Virus record (IMG/VR): IMGVR_UViG_3300018018_000019
Location: 1 to 38,307 of that record
DNA from: a virus
Lineage: Duplodnaviria; Caudoviricetes
Reading direction: 5' to 3' (one strand)
Length of the DNA stretch: 38,307 nt
Below, piece after piece: positions 9,594-17,530 of the stretch. A model generated the notes under the pieces. That model did no database searches and was not told where the DNA came from. It worked only from the letters and a program-made list of their open reading frames with translations. Each line of letters begins with the position of its first letter. The stretch's first letter is position 1. A program made the translations under genes and the position numbers.

Positions 9594-9896
9594 TTATTCG
9601 CCCCCTGCTTCGGACCTTGCCAGGAATTTATCGTGCCCTTTTTTCGCTTGTTTGGTTTCCCGCATCCGGCTTAACTGCAATCGCATCTTTTCGTTTACCG
9701 GCCTTTTATTTGCTGATTTGCGGTCCTGAATTATCGTCCACAACGTTTCAGCCAATTGCGACATCGAGTCCGCTTTGAGCAGGAAGCACAACCTGTTGAT
9801 TTCGCCTAAGGATATATTCCTGAGGTGAATCCACAGGCCCGCTATCGTTTGGCAGGCCGGGCTATCGAGATGATGGTTTAGTATTTCCTGCGTCAT
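9594..9896 (-). CDS. Hypothetical protein
   Basis: 100 aa ORF filling the gap between muB and gemA. Confidence 0.6.
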   Translation of the reverse strand: MTQEILNHHLDSPACQTIAGLWIHLRNISLGEINRLCFLLKADSMSQLAETLWTIIQDRKSANKRPVNEKMRLQLSRMRETKQAKKGHDKFLARSEAGGE

Positions 9897-9901
9897 AATT
9901 T

Positions 9902-11011
9902 TTAAGCCGATTTCTTCATTGCCTGTGTTTCTTCGTTCTGGTCTTCCAGTATCTCCACCGGCAGCCGGCTCTTTACGGGCAGGTCAAGCTGCTTGATTGC
10001 TTTGTATATTAATGCCGCAGTTATCTGGGCAACACCGGCCGTGTGTAAAGCGGTTATGATATATTGACATGTCCGCATCCGGCCGGAACCCGGCGATTTG
10101 CATATTTGCCTCAGCAGTGATATTGCATCCTGGGTCAGCCGAACGCCGCCGTATTCATAGAGTTTACGAATGTCCTCAGGCGTATATAATCCGCCGTCCT
10201 TATTGCCCGCCAGGGCCGACAGGTCAAGTATGCCTGTGAGCCGGGACCGCAACTGGTCCAGCGACTCAAATCCTCTCCGGGTCGTCGGCAAAAGTATCGT
10301 CTTGGCAAGATCGCCATTACCCGCCAGTATCAAGGGACATCTTGATTTACATACGATAATCTGCCTAAGCTGATTGAGTTGTGAGACATTGAGAGAAGAT
10401 GACTCGTCTAAGATTATGATTATGTGCCTGTTTTGTAAATGCTCAACAAGTCGTTGCGTCACGGTCGCAAGCGACCCGGACGAATCGAGGTGTAATTCTT
10501 TTGCCATTGCGGCGAAAATCAATGTTGAATACATTGTCGAATCTAACTGAACGTAGATGCTGTTTTTATTTGCCTCGGCGTATGCTTGTAAACAGCGTGT
10601 TTTGCCGCTTCCCGCGTCGCCGATGATGACTGCGATTTTACCTTCGTCGTCGCATGCCGCTTCGGTATTGGCGATCAGGGCGCCTATTTTTTTCGCAATT
10701 GCGGTATCAACGAATTGCGGGCCTCTATCCTGCCTGCTCTTACGGTCATAGGAGTTGATGAGGTTTACAACCTTGTTCACTAATTCATCGAGGTTGCCCG
10801 GATATTTATTAGCCAGGAATTGACTTATTTTAGAACTGCTGACATCCAGCATCCGGGCGATATCCGCCTGGGCAAGATTTTGTTCGTTCATGAAAAGGCG
10901 AAGTGCATCTGCTTTTTTCGCGGCTTCTGCCTTTGTCATATCCATCGGAATCCTTTCTCTGATTATCTGAGCATCCTGCTCTAATTTGGTTCGAATGCTC
11001 TTATCTTCCAT
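9902..11011 (-). CDS. muB: MuB-like AAA+ transposition ATPase
   Basis: N-terminal HTH (QADIARMLDVSSSKISQFL), Walker A GDAGSGKT, Walker B IIILDES; directly follows the transposase. Confidence 0.93.
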   Translation of the reverse strand: MEDKSIRTKLEQDAQIIRERIPMDMTKAEAAKKADALRLFMNEQNLAQADIARMLDVSSSKISQFLANKYPGNLDELVNKVVNLINSYDRKSRQDRGPQFVDTAIAKKIGALIANTEAACDDEGKIAVIIGDAGSGKTRCLQAYAEANKNSIYVQLDSTMYSTLIFAAMAKELHLDSSGSLATVTQRLVEHLQNRHIIIILDESSSLNVSQLNQLRQIIVCKSRCPLILAGNGDLAKTILLPTTRRGFESLDQLRSRLTGILDLSALAGNKDGGLYTPEDIRKLYEYGGVRLTQDAISLLRQICKSPGSGRMRTCQYIITALHTAGVAQITAALIYKAIKQLDLPVKSRLPVEILEDQNEETQAMKKSA

Positions 11012-13001
11012 TTTTTAATTTTGAAAAATCAAAATTGATTTCGGTCGTATCTTCCTTTGATTTTAATGATGAAAAGTCGATATCCAGCACCGTTTCTACT
11101 GATTCCGCCCCGGCCGCCCTTCGCACGTGCTTGAGCACTTCGAGCCGTTTGTGTTCCGATACCTGGTTGTTTAAAGGCGTGATGACTGGTCTTATCGCCG
11201 CCTGCGTTGGATTGATTTCGGAGCGAAGCGCAGACCTCACAGTCGTTTGTAATTTTTCGGAGGAAAATTCTTGCGAGGCACGTCTCGCTCTGATGGCGAG
11301 GTCCGTCAAATCCATAGTCGCGGTTAATGATTTGTCGCGGAATTGTTTTGCGATATTGACTGCCCGGCGCTTCTCGGTCGAGGCCTCGCGTAAGTCCTCC
11401 TCCGCGACGCCGGCGCCGTATTGAACTAACCGTGCCTGCTCGGCGATTGTGATTAACCGCAGCGTCGCCGAATCGTAAACGTAAATCCGGGACATATCCG
11501 CCGGGTCATAACAGCAGCGGACCTTCTGGCCCTTATGTGCTGCTAATTCCATATCGTATTGGCCGAAATATAGTCCCTTGAATTGCACGCCGTTTTTGCC
11601 GACGATCAATTCCGGCGACCATACCCGCATCAATAAATCCGATACGCCTTCCTGCATAATTCGTCGGCTGGTCCGCGTATTGAATATCTGCATCGGCGTC
11701 CGGTCTTCCATTCCCCAGCCGGTATGGAGCGAGTGATTATATGTCTCGACGTATTTGGCGAAGACCTGCTCGAAACTATCGAGGGTGTAAGCCCCGACTA
11801 TTGTGCCGGGGTCGCTCAGCGTTTCCCGCAAATCATCTGGCTTGTCATCCGCATATTTGCCGGCGTAAGTTGCGATTGTCTTTGTGAACTGATTATCGAC
11901 GGTGTCAAACCAGCGTTCGAGAATACCCTTTGATTGCGGGTGATATGGGATTGCGAATGATACCGCGACATTCATATATCCCCACAGCCCGGCTAACCAT
12001 TGCTCATCAAGATACCCTCGGCCCAGGGCACGTCGCTGCTTCTTAGTTTGTCCCGTCCACATTTGAGAATCATAGTCGCGGCCGTTGTCGATCTTGACCG
12101 AGTCGGGCAGGCCGTATTTATCCACGGCATTTTTCGCGGCTAATAGAATTGTCGTCTGATTAGGCGAGGTCGATATATGCCAGCCGACTAAGGCCCTCGA
12201 GCGCATATCCATCCAGGCCGTAACCCAGGGACGCACCCACTGGTTACGATATCGAATCCAGCAGTTGAATTCCGCATGGTCGCCCACCCAGATTTGCCCG
12301 GGCGCTATTGAGTCGGGGTCAGTGATTATATAAGGGGCGAATTTCGCCTCGTATGCCGCCATCCCTTCACGCAGCAGGGTTTGAACGTATGCCGGTATCG
12401 CCTTATCGACGAATCGATACATCACGTTAAGGGATGGTATCTTCCAGTTTTTTTGCTGGTCCCGGTTGATAAAACTGACCGTTTGCCAGCACATTTTAAC
12501 CGTCTGTTTTTGTTTGGTCAGATACAGCGATTTAAAATATTCCCAGGCATCGGGTGAGATTACATCGTTTACGTTCGGCCTGCCTCGTTTATCGACTAAG
12601 CCGAGGATACCCTGCTCTTTATAAAGCGATATCCAGCGATGCAGCGTCCGGACGGGTATTTGTTTTTGCGTGGCGAAATCAATAATCGCATCGAGCCGGT
12701 TCTTGCCTTCGCGTTTGTAAGCGGCCGCGAATTTCTCACATTCGGCAATTATTCCCAGCCGCTTGATTGCCTCGTCTCTTTTAGGTGCTGCGATATCCTT
12801 CAGTTCTTCCGAATTACGAGCGACCAGTGACGAGTCACTTATTAGGTTGGGATGCGAATCAGCCGGTATCTGCCAGTCACCATTCCTTTTAAACGCTCCG
12901 GGCAGTTTGTTCTGGGCGGCCAACTGCTGCACTCGCCCGATACAATATCCCAGGCGGTTTGCGGCCTCAGTCACTGTCAACATAGCATTAGTCATTGCCA
13001 T
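11001..13001 (-). CDS. muA: MuA-like DDE transposase
   Basis: N-terminal excisionase-type HTH, RTLHRW, WVGDH, KIDNGRDY, SKGILERWF, Mu C-terminal CYDPADMSRIYVY. Confidence 0.95.
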   Translation of the reverse strand: MAMTNAMLTVTEAANRLGYCIGRVQQLAAQNKLPGAFKRNGDWQIPADSHPNLISDSSLVARNSEELKDIAAPKRDEAIKRLGIIAECEKFAAAYKREGKNRLDAIIDFATQKQIPVRTLHRWISLYKEQGILGLVDKRGRPNVNDVISPDAWEYFKSLYLTKQKQTVKMCWQTVSFINRDQQKNWKIPSLNVMYRFVDKAIPAYVQTLLREGMAAYEAKFAPYIITDPDSIAPGQIWVGDHAEFNCWIRYRNQWVRPWVTAWMDMRSRALVGWHISTSPNQTTILLAAKNAVDKYGLPDSVKIDNGRDYDSQMWTGQTKKQRRALGRGYLDEQWLAGLWGYMNVAVSFAIPYHPQSKGILERWFDTVDNQFTKTIATYAGKYADDKPDDLRETLSDPGTIVGAYTLDSFEQVFAKYVETYNHSLHTGWGMEDRTPMQIFNTRTSRRIMQEGVSDLLMRVWSPELIVGKNGVQFKGLYFGQYDMELAAHKGQKVRCCYDPADMSRIYVYDSATLRLITIAEQARLVQYGAGVAEEDLREASTEKRRAVNIAKQFRDKSLTATMDLTDLAIRARRASQEFSSEKLQTTVRSALRSEINPTQAAIRPVITPLNNQVSEHKRLEVLKHVRRAAGAESVETVLDIDFSSLKSKEDTTEINFDFSKLKNGR
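11236..11278. repeat. Palindromic REP-like element, copy inside the transposase CDS
   Basis: CCTCACAGTCGTTTGTAATTTTTCGGAGGAAAATTCTTGCGAGG matches copies at 16590 and 26083. Confidence 0.8.
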
Positions 13002-13470
13002 CGAACATCTCGTCGATTTTCTTTAGAAGATTGCCGAGTGCGCCTTGCATCACTTTTATATTTGTCCTGAATTGACTCAATTCAGGCGTGATTTCTTTTA
13101 TGAAGTCGCCGCCGGGGCCTGTGATTATCGGCGCAGGTCTCGGCAAATCGGTAAGAATGGTCCATTCGTCCTGCGGCTGGCATTTATCAATCTTCATGCC
13201 GCAGACATCGATAAGGTGCCCGGATAGTGTGTATTCTTTGTATTTGTGTATTATCCAGTGTTGTCCCTTGGCGAACTGGATTACGGCATACCCGCAATTG
13301 CATTCGAAGCACCAGCCGAAATATGTGCGTATTTTGTTCCCGTGTTTATCGATCTCGTGCGATATGACCTGCGGATAGGGCAGGCCGCCGAAACATATCG
13401 GGCAACGGATATCCGATGTTATTTTCGTCGCCGTCTTTACTTCTAACGGATTATCGTATTCTATTGGCAT
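12988..13470 (-). CDS. Hypothetical Zn-binding protein
   Basis: CPIC...CFEC; start moved to MPIEY just after the upstream stop. Confidence 0.7.
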   Translation of the reverse strand: MPIEYDNPLEVKTATKITSDIRCPICFGGLPYPQVISHEIDKHGNKIRTYFGWCFECNCGYAVIQFAKGQHWIIHKYKEYTLSGHLIDVCGMKIDKCQPQDEWTILTDLPRPAPIITGPGGDFIKEITPELSQFRTNIKVMQGALGNLLKKIDEMFDGND

Positions 13471-13472
13471 CG

Positions 13473-13877
13473 TTAACTTGCTATTTTGTGCAAAAAGGTA
13501 TCTCCTGTTTCTAAAAAACAATCCCCAAAACACCAAGTCATTCGTATATCTGATTTTATGCTTTTTAGTAGTTCAAGAAATTCGATTTCTGCATCTATAA
13601 AAATTTTCTCTCCTTTTGTTACGAGAAAATCTCCATCATATTGCATTTGTCTATATCTTTCATGAAACAGCATATCGTCGATATCCCAATAATAGGATAA
13701 AACGCCATCTTTTTCACGTCTATGCTTTTCAGTATCAATATTGGCTAAAGCAATTTTGGCTTGACTTTGCAATTGACGACCTTTTTCTATGAGTTCATTC
13801 GATTCTTTTATCTTGGCCAATCTACCCATCCAAGACAAATCTAATATTCTTTTTTTTGCTGCGTTAATTTCCTTCAT
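13473..13877 (-). CDS. Hypothetical protein, AT-rich
   Basis: In-operon ORF; start uncertain (13877 or 13895). Confidence 0.6.
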   Translation of the reverse strand: MKEINAAKKRILDLSWMGRLAKIKESNELIEKGRQLQSQAKIALANIDTEKHRREKDGVLSYYWDIDDMLFHERYRQMQYDGDFLVTKGEKIFIDAEIEFLELLKSIKSDIRMTWCFGDCFLETGDTFLHKIAS

Positions 13878-13911
13878 GTACCTAAAATCCTTCATGTTCT
13901 TCGCGATAAAA

Positions 13912-14049
13912 TTACCCCGCGATAAATTTATAAAGAGCAAAACCTAATACTGCCCAAAAATAAATACAGATGGCCGTCATTCCCAACATCAGCAGCGGCA
14001 TCCACCAGTCGATTCGTCGTTCGTTTTTTGTATTTAGTATTTCGTTCAT
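13912..14049 (-). CDS. Small membrane protein (45 aa), absent from the ORF track
   Basis: Hand translation MNEILNTKNERRIDWWMPLLMLGMTAICIYFWAVLGFALYKFIAG; ATGA overlap with the upstream gene. Confidence 0.7.
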   Translation of the reverse strand: MNEILNTKNERRIDWWMPLLMLGMTAICIYFWAVLGFALYKFIAG

Positions 14050-14369
14050 TTCCTCGCCTCCGCATATTTACTATTTGCCATTTGCTTTATACTTTGCTTA
14101 AAGTGTTGCTCGCATTGCCAGCGATTCAATGCCTGGCAGAATTTCGGTCCTGCCTGATATTTGGGCGTTCCGCAGTCGTAACCGAGCGATTCAAGATATT
14201 GAACTTGCTCTTCGATTGTTGGTTGTTTATATGCTTTCGACTGGCATTCATAACCGCCTCGAAGCGCCCACCCCATCCACGTAAATAGACAGATAATCGC
14301 CAGCCAGCCGGCTATTTGCAAAAGCCCTTTAACCGCCTCATAACACGTTGTTATTGCATTTTTATACAC
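14046..14369 (-). CDS. Membrane-anchored protein with a possible peptidoglycan-binding domain
   Basis: TM segment, then QVQYLESLGYDCG...AGPKFCQALNRWQ resembling PG_binding_1. Confidence 0.55.
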   Translation of the reverse strand: MYKNAITTCYEAVKGLLQIAGWLAIICLFTWMGWALRGGYECQSKAYKQPTIEEQVQYLESLGYDCGTPKYQAGPKFCQALNRWQCEQHFKQSIKQMANSKYAEARK

Positions 14370-14449
14370 AATTCAAACCTTCGTTAATTTCGCGTAATCA
14401 GCGTAGCGCAGCGAAGTCTCGTGAGTATTGGCGAGTGAGATGGCTAAAA

Positions 14450-14953
14450 AAGGGAAGGGCGACTCCAAGCCGCCCTTCCACCACACCGTATTAGGAGAAA
14501 ACGAAAAAGTCCATTCGCCCATCTCTGGGCGAATTTGCTCACGCGCCCTTGCCTGACCATGCCTGGCGGTCGCAGACCTCAACAGATTATCGAATCGAAA
14601 ATAAAGGTGAGGGCTTGCGCCCGGGGGGAGATACAAGCCCTCTTGGGGAGAACGGGATGATTGCTGGCCGGGATGGACCCACACCCTAAGTCCATCCCGT
14701 GCCTTCAGGAGGTCCCTGCCCGTGAGGGCAGGAATGAGGAAAAGAACCAAAACAGAAAGGAAGAGAGTTATCTTCAAATCACCAATCAGCAACCGGTAAT
14801 CGAAAATCTTCTTGACTTGTGTCCCGTTATTTGTTATCATATTCCCATTCACGGAGGAGACCTCATATTTCAAAGCCCGGAACCATTCCGGGGTTATTAA
14901 CTATCCGGCGGGCTTCCCGGCCCGCCGGTCAAAATCAGCCGCACGTCGGCTGA
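14450..14953. other. Array of about eight GC-rich stem-loops, candidate structured RNA
   Basis: Inverted repeats near 14452, 14513, 14609, 14669, 14715, 14876, 14905, 14936. Confidence 0.6.
14812..14840 (+). promoter_or_regulatory. Sigma70-like promoter antisense to the early operon
   Basis: TTGACT-N17-TATCAT with TGn extension. Confidence 0.6.
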
Positions 14954-15153
14954 GTAGAACTAAAAGTAATATTGTTTTGTTTCATATACTCGTCGCATTT
15001 TTCATGGAGGAATTTCTTGGCAAGGGTATTAACTTTAATATGACCAATGTTCAATGCAACCTTTTGCAATTTGGCGATAATCATCAAATCGTTTTTTCCT
15101 GCGGCGGCATTTATTCTGACGTTTTCACCTATCTCGTTTTTTGCCTTTGCCAT
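14935..15153 (-). CDS. First early gene, small regulator in the Ner/Cro position, possibly RHH
   Basis: 72 aa, AGGA RBS, divergent from the 15321 gene; beta-helix-helix pattern. Confidence 0.55.
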   Translation of the reverse strand: MAKAKNEIGENVRINAAAGKNDLMIIAKLQKVALNIGHIKVNTLAKKFLHEKCDEYMKQNNITFSSTQPTCG

Positions 15154-15182
15154 TTTCAATTCCTAAAATTCTCTTATTCAAC

Positions 15183-15210
15183 AATCTACACTTATCTCGG
15201 CATACGTCAA
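15183..15210 (-). promoter_or_regulatory. Putative early leftward promoter
   Basis: Minus strand TTGACG-N16-TAGATT about 30 bp upstream of the 15153 start. Confidence 0.55.
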
Positions 15211-15320
15211 GAGAAAATGGAAGAAATTTACGCCTTTTTATGCCACATAAAAGAAAAATACTCCTAACTGTTTGGTAATAAAGAACTTGCGATATGCAAA
15301 ATATTTGCGAAAATCTTGTT

Positions 15321-15689
15321 ATGAAGGAAAAATTTAAGACATCAATACACATAACCGGCCCAGCCATCGAGGCGTATCAACGATTGATTCGCCGATACAG
15401 TGCCAAGTTGGCTGTTTCGGCCGCCATATATGCCTTTGAAAAAATCGGCGCCGATGAGCAATTGAAATATATCGACCTCGTCTCTGGAGAGCAAATTCCT
15501 GCGGAGGCCTCGCCTGGTTCACGACAACAACTAAGAAACGCTATGATCCAATTGAAGGAAATGGTCGAAATCGAACGGCAGCAACCGGGCACGATTTACC
15601 ATGTTCTCAATCCTGAAGAGCAAAAGGTGCTCGATGACTTCCGCAAAATAATGACTCTCAAAGAACCGCAAAAACAAAAAAGAGCATAA
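15321..15689 (+). CDS. Putative repressor, possibly with an RHH N-terminus
   Basis: Divergent position; KTSIHIT strand followed by two helices; start may be 15294. Confidence 0.55.
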   Translation: MKEKFKTSIHITGPAIEAYQRLIRRYSAKLAVSAAIYAFEKIGADEQLKYIDLVSGEQIPAEASPGSRQQLRNAMIQLKEMVEIERQQPGTIYHVLNPEEQKVLDDFRKIMTLKEPQKQKRA

Positions 15690-15696
15690 ATTTTCC

Positions 15697-15724
15697 TTGA
15701 CTCTCCCCATAAGCGGTTTAGAAT
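15697..15724 (+). promoter_or_regulatory. Putative promoter for the 15758 gene
   Basis: TTGACT-N16-TAGAAT, AAGGAG RBS downstream. Confidence 0.55.
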
Positions 15725-15757
15725 GCCTCTATAATCGTTTTTTAAGGAGTTGAGAAA

Positions 15758-16384
15758 ATGAAAAACAAAATCTTCTTTGTTTTAGTAATTTTGTGCATCT
15801 TCCTTCCTTGTTTCGGAAGCGAACCCAATGAACCCAATGGGCCAGACAACGGCTTAAACAATGATTATAGCTCAATGGAAGCACGTTTAATTGCGCTCGA
15901 TGAACGACTTGACGCGTTGGAGGATAGAATTATTCAACTCGAGTCCGGTTCTTTGGATTCGGAATCGAACGATGTAAAATGTGCGACCGGTGTTTCCAAA
16001 GACCCGAACAAAATCGCCTTGCGGATAGAACGGGCAAAAAAGCAAATCCAGGATTCACAAACTGCCATTATTCTCGCTCAAACAAATATAGAGAGTTTGC
16101 CTTCGCCCCCACGTCCTTCCCTGGAAGATAAATTGAAAATACTCGATGACCAATGGAAATTATTAACCCAAATAGAAGTTAATTATCAAAAGATAATTCG
16201 GTGTGCGAAAAAAAATCCTGAACTTGCCGTCGATACCATTTCAATCCAAAAAAGCATTGTTGAGTGCCAAAACCAAAAAAAACAGGTTGAACTTGATAAA
16301 CAGCGAATCCTTGATATAATGCAGAGAAACGCCAATGCATATCACAATCGCGCAAAGACGGCCCCGGTTAATGTGAAAAAATAG
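15758..16384 (+). CDS. Secreted coiled-coil protein, moron-like
   Basis: Signal peptide MKNKIFFVLVILCIFLPCFG, EPNEPN, long heptad helices, own promoter. Confidence 0.75.
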   Translation: MKNKIFFVLVILCIFLPCFGSEPNEPNGPDNGLNNDYSSMEARLIALDERLDALEDRIIQLESGSLDSESNDVKCATGVSKDPNKIALRIERAKKQIQDSQTAIILAQTNIESLPSPPRPSLEDKLKILDDQWKLLTQIEVNYQKIIRCAKKNPELAVDTISIQKSIVECQNQKKQVELDKQRILDIMQRNANAYHNRAKTAPVNVKK

Positions 16385-16473
16385 TAATGACAAACTTTGC
16401 TATTATCCGATAACTACTTTTGTTAAGATAATTTATTGACGATTGTTCCCGCAGTCGTCAAACGAGCAATATC

Positions 16474-16520
16474 ACGCTCGTCGGCTGAGTAGAATCAGTT
16501 GGCGAGCGTTGTTTTTTGTT
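16474..16520 (+). terminator. Intrinsic terminator/attenuator ahead of the late operon
   Basis: ACGCTCGTCGGCTGA...TCAGTTGGCGAGCGT followed by TGTTTTTTGTTT. Confidence 0.65.
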
Positions 16521-16589
16521 TGTGACAAAAACTCAATTCTTGCCTCAAAAACAAGGATTATTAGCGAAGTTCCACTGTATGGAACGTAG

Positions 16590-16632
16590 CCCCGCAGTCG
16601 TTTGAATTTTTCGCAGGAAAATTCTTGCGGGG
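16590..16632. repeat. Palindromic REP-like element
   Basis: CCCCGCAGTCGTTTGAATTTTTCGCAGGAAAATTCTTGCGGGG. Confidence 0.8.
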
Positions 16633-16645
16633 GAAAGGAATCCGT

Positions 16646-17146
16646 ATGAAGCGTTTTCTTCTTCTCGTTCTCATAATCTTCACGGCAGGGCCGCTGATTA
16701 TCCAGCCGGCTCATTCTGCCTGCTCGACTGACCCGAATAGCCCCACCATCTTGCCCGGATTTACCATTACTGCCGGGAAAACAATTAATTGGCGAGTGAG
16801 GGCGATTGACTCGGACTATGGTATTTACGGCGGCTATGTCGATGTTGTGGCGGGCAGCAATCCGGTGTGGGTAATATTCGGACCGAGAATAGCTCCTGAT
16901 GTGAATCAATATGTTTTCGCACCGAAAAATCTTACCTGCGATGGCAATATGGCGGACCCAAACACCACGCTAATCGTATCGAGGCAAATTACAATATCGC
17001 CACCTGTAATTTTTACGGGTAATTCCGCGATCAACTTTTCAACAACAGATGCCAATGGAATCAGTTATTGGCGCATCCCTTTCGCTGTAATCCCCCCGCC
17101 GAGAATAGGCATGTCGGGGGATGCGGGGGCTGACCAAAACAAATAA
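16646..17146 (+). CDS. Secreted Ig/cadherin-like protein
   Basis: Signal peptide ending AHSA; FTITAGKTINWRVRAIDSD; six D-x-N motifs; AAAGGA RBS. Confidence 0.7.
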   Translation: MKRFLLLVLIIFTAGPLIIQPAHSACSTDPNSPTILPGFTITAGKTINWRVRAIDSDYGIYGGYVDVVAGSNPVWVIFGPRIAPDVNQYVFAPKNLTCDGNMADPNTTLIVSRQITISPPVIFTGNSAINFSTTDANGISYWRIPFAVIPPPRIGMSGDAGADQNK

Positions 17147-17149
17147 AAG

Positions 17150-17464
17150 ATGTTTAAGAAGTGCCCGGATTGCGGCAATGAATATGAAGTCAATGAAGAA
17201 AATTTTTATCACACTGAATACACCGGCAACGGCCTTACGGATATTTGCAAGGGATGCTGTAAAAAACGCAGTGTGGCATATCATAAATTGCACCCGGAAA
17301 AATACAAATACTCACCAAAGCCGACAGCCAACCGGATCCGTTATTACCGCAGGGGATTTAGTTGGCTTGGAGTGTTTCAATTTTATGGAAGGAATTTTGC
17401 TTTAAGAAGTAACGGCCAGCTCGGCCACTTGGAAAGAATGAATATTTATATGAAAACTCAGTAA
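17150..17464 (+). CDS. Zn-finger protein
   Basis: KKCPDCG...ICKGC. Confidence 0.65.
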   Translation: MFKKCPDCGNEYEVNEENFYHTEYTGNGLTDICKGCCKKRSVAYHKLHPEKYKYSPKPTANRIRYYRRGFSWLGVFQFYGRNFALRSNGQLGHLERMNIYMKTQ

Positions 17465-17530
17465 AGGATTAGGCGAAGTCCCGTTTTATGGGGCGAAGTC
17501 CCGGCAAAGCCGGGGGAAAGGATTCTAATT

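Noticed and set aside
11001-13001. Stand-alone IS, Tn7 or CAST transposase
   Set aside because: Context with MuB, Gam, GemA and virion genes, and no TnsA/TniQ/Cas, indicates a transposable phage
14373-14873. 166-aa minus-strand ORF
   Set aside because: Runs through hairpins and heptamer repeats with no recognisable motif; treated as probably non-coding, though not excluded
14450-14953. tRNA or CRISPR mini-array
   Set aside because: No cloverleaf or T-loop consensus found; the hairpins are not identical repeats
17121-17405. Alternative-frame 94-aa ORF
   Set aside because: The overlapping 17150-17464 frame has a Zn-finger motif and better spacing
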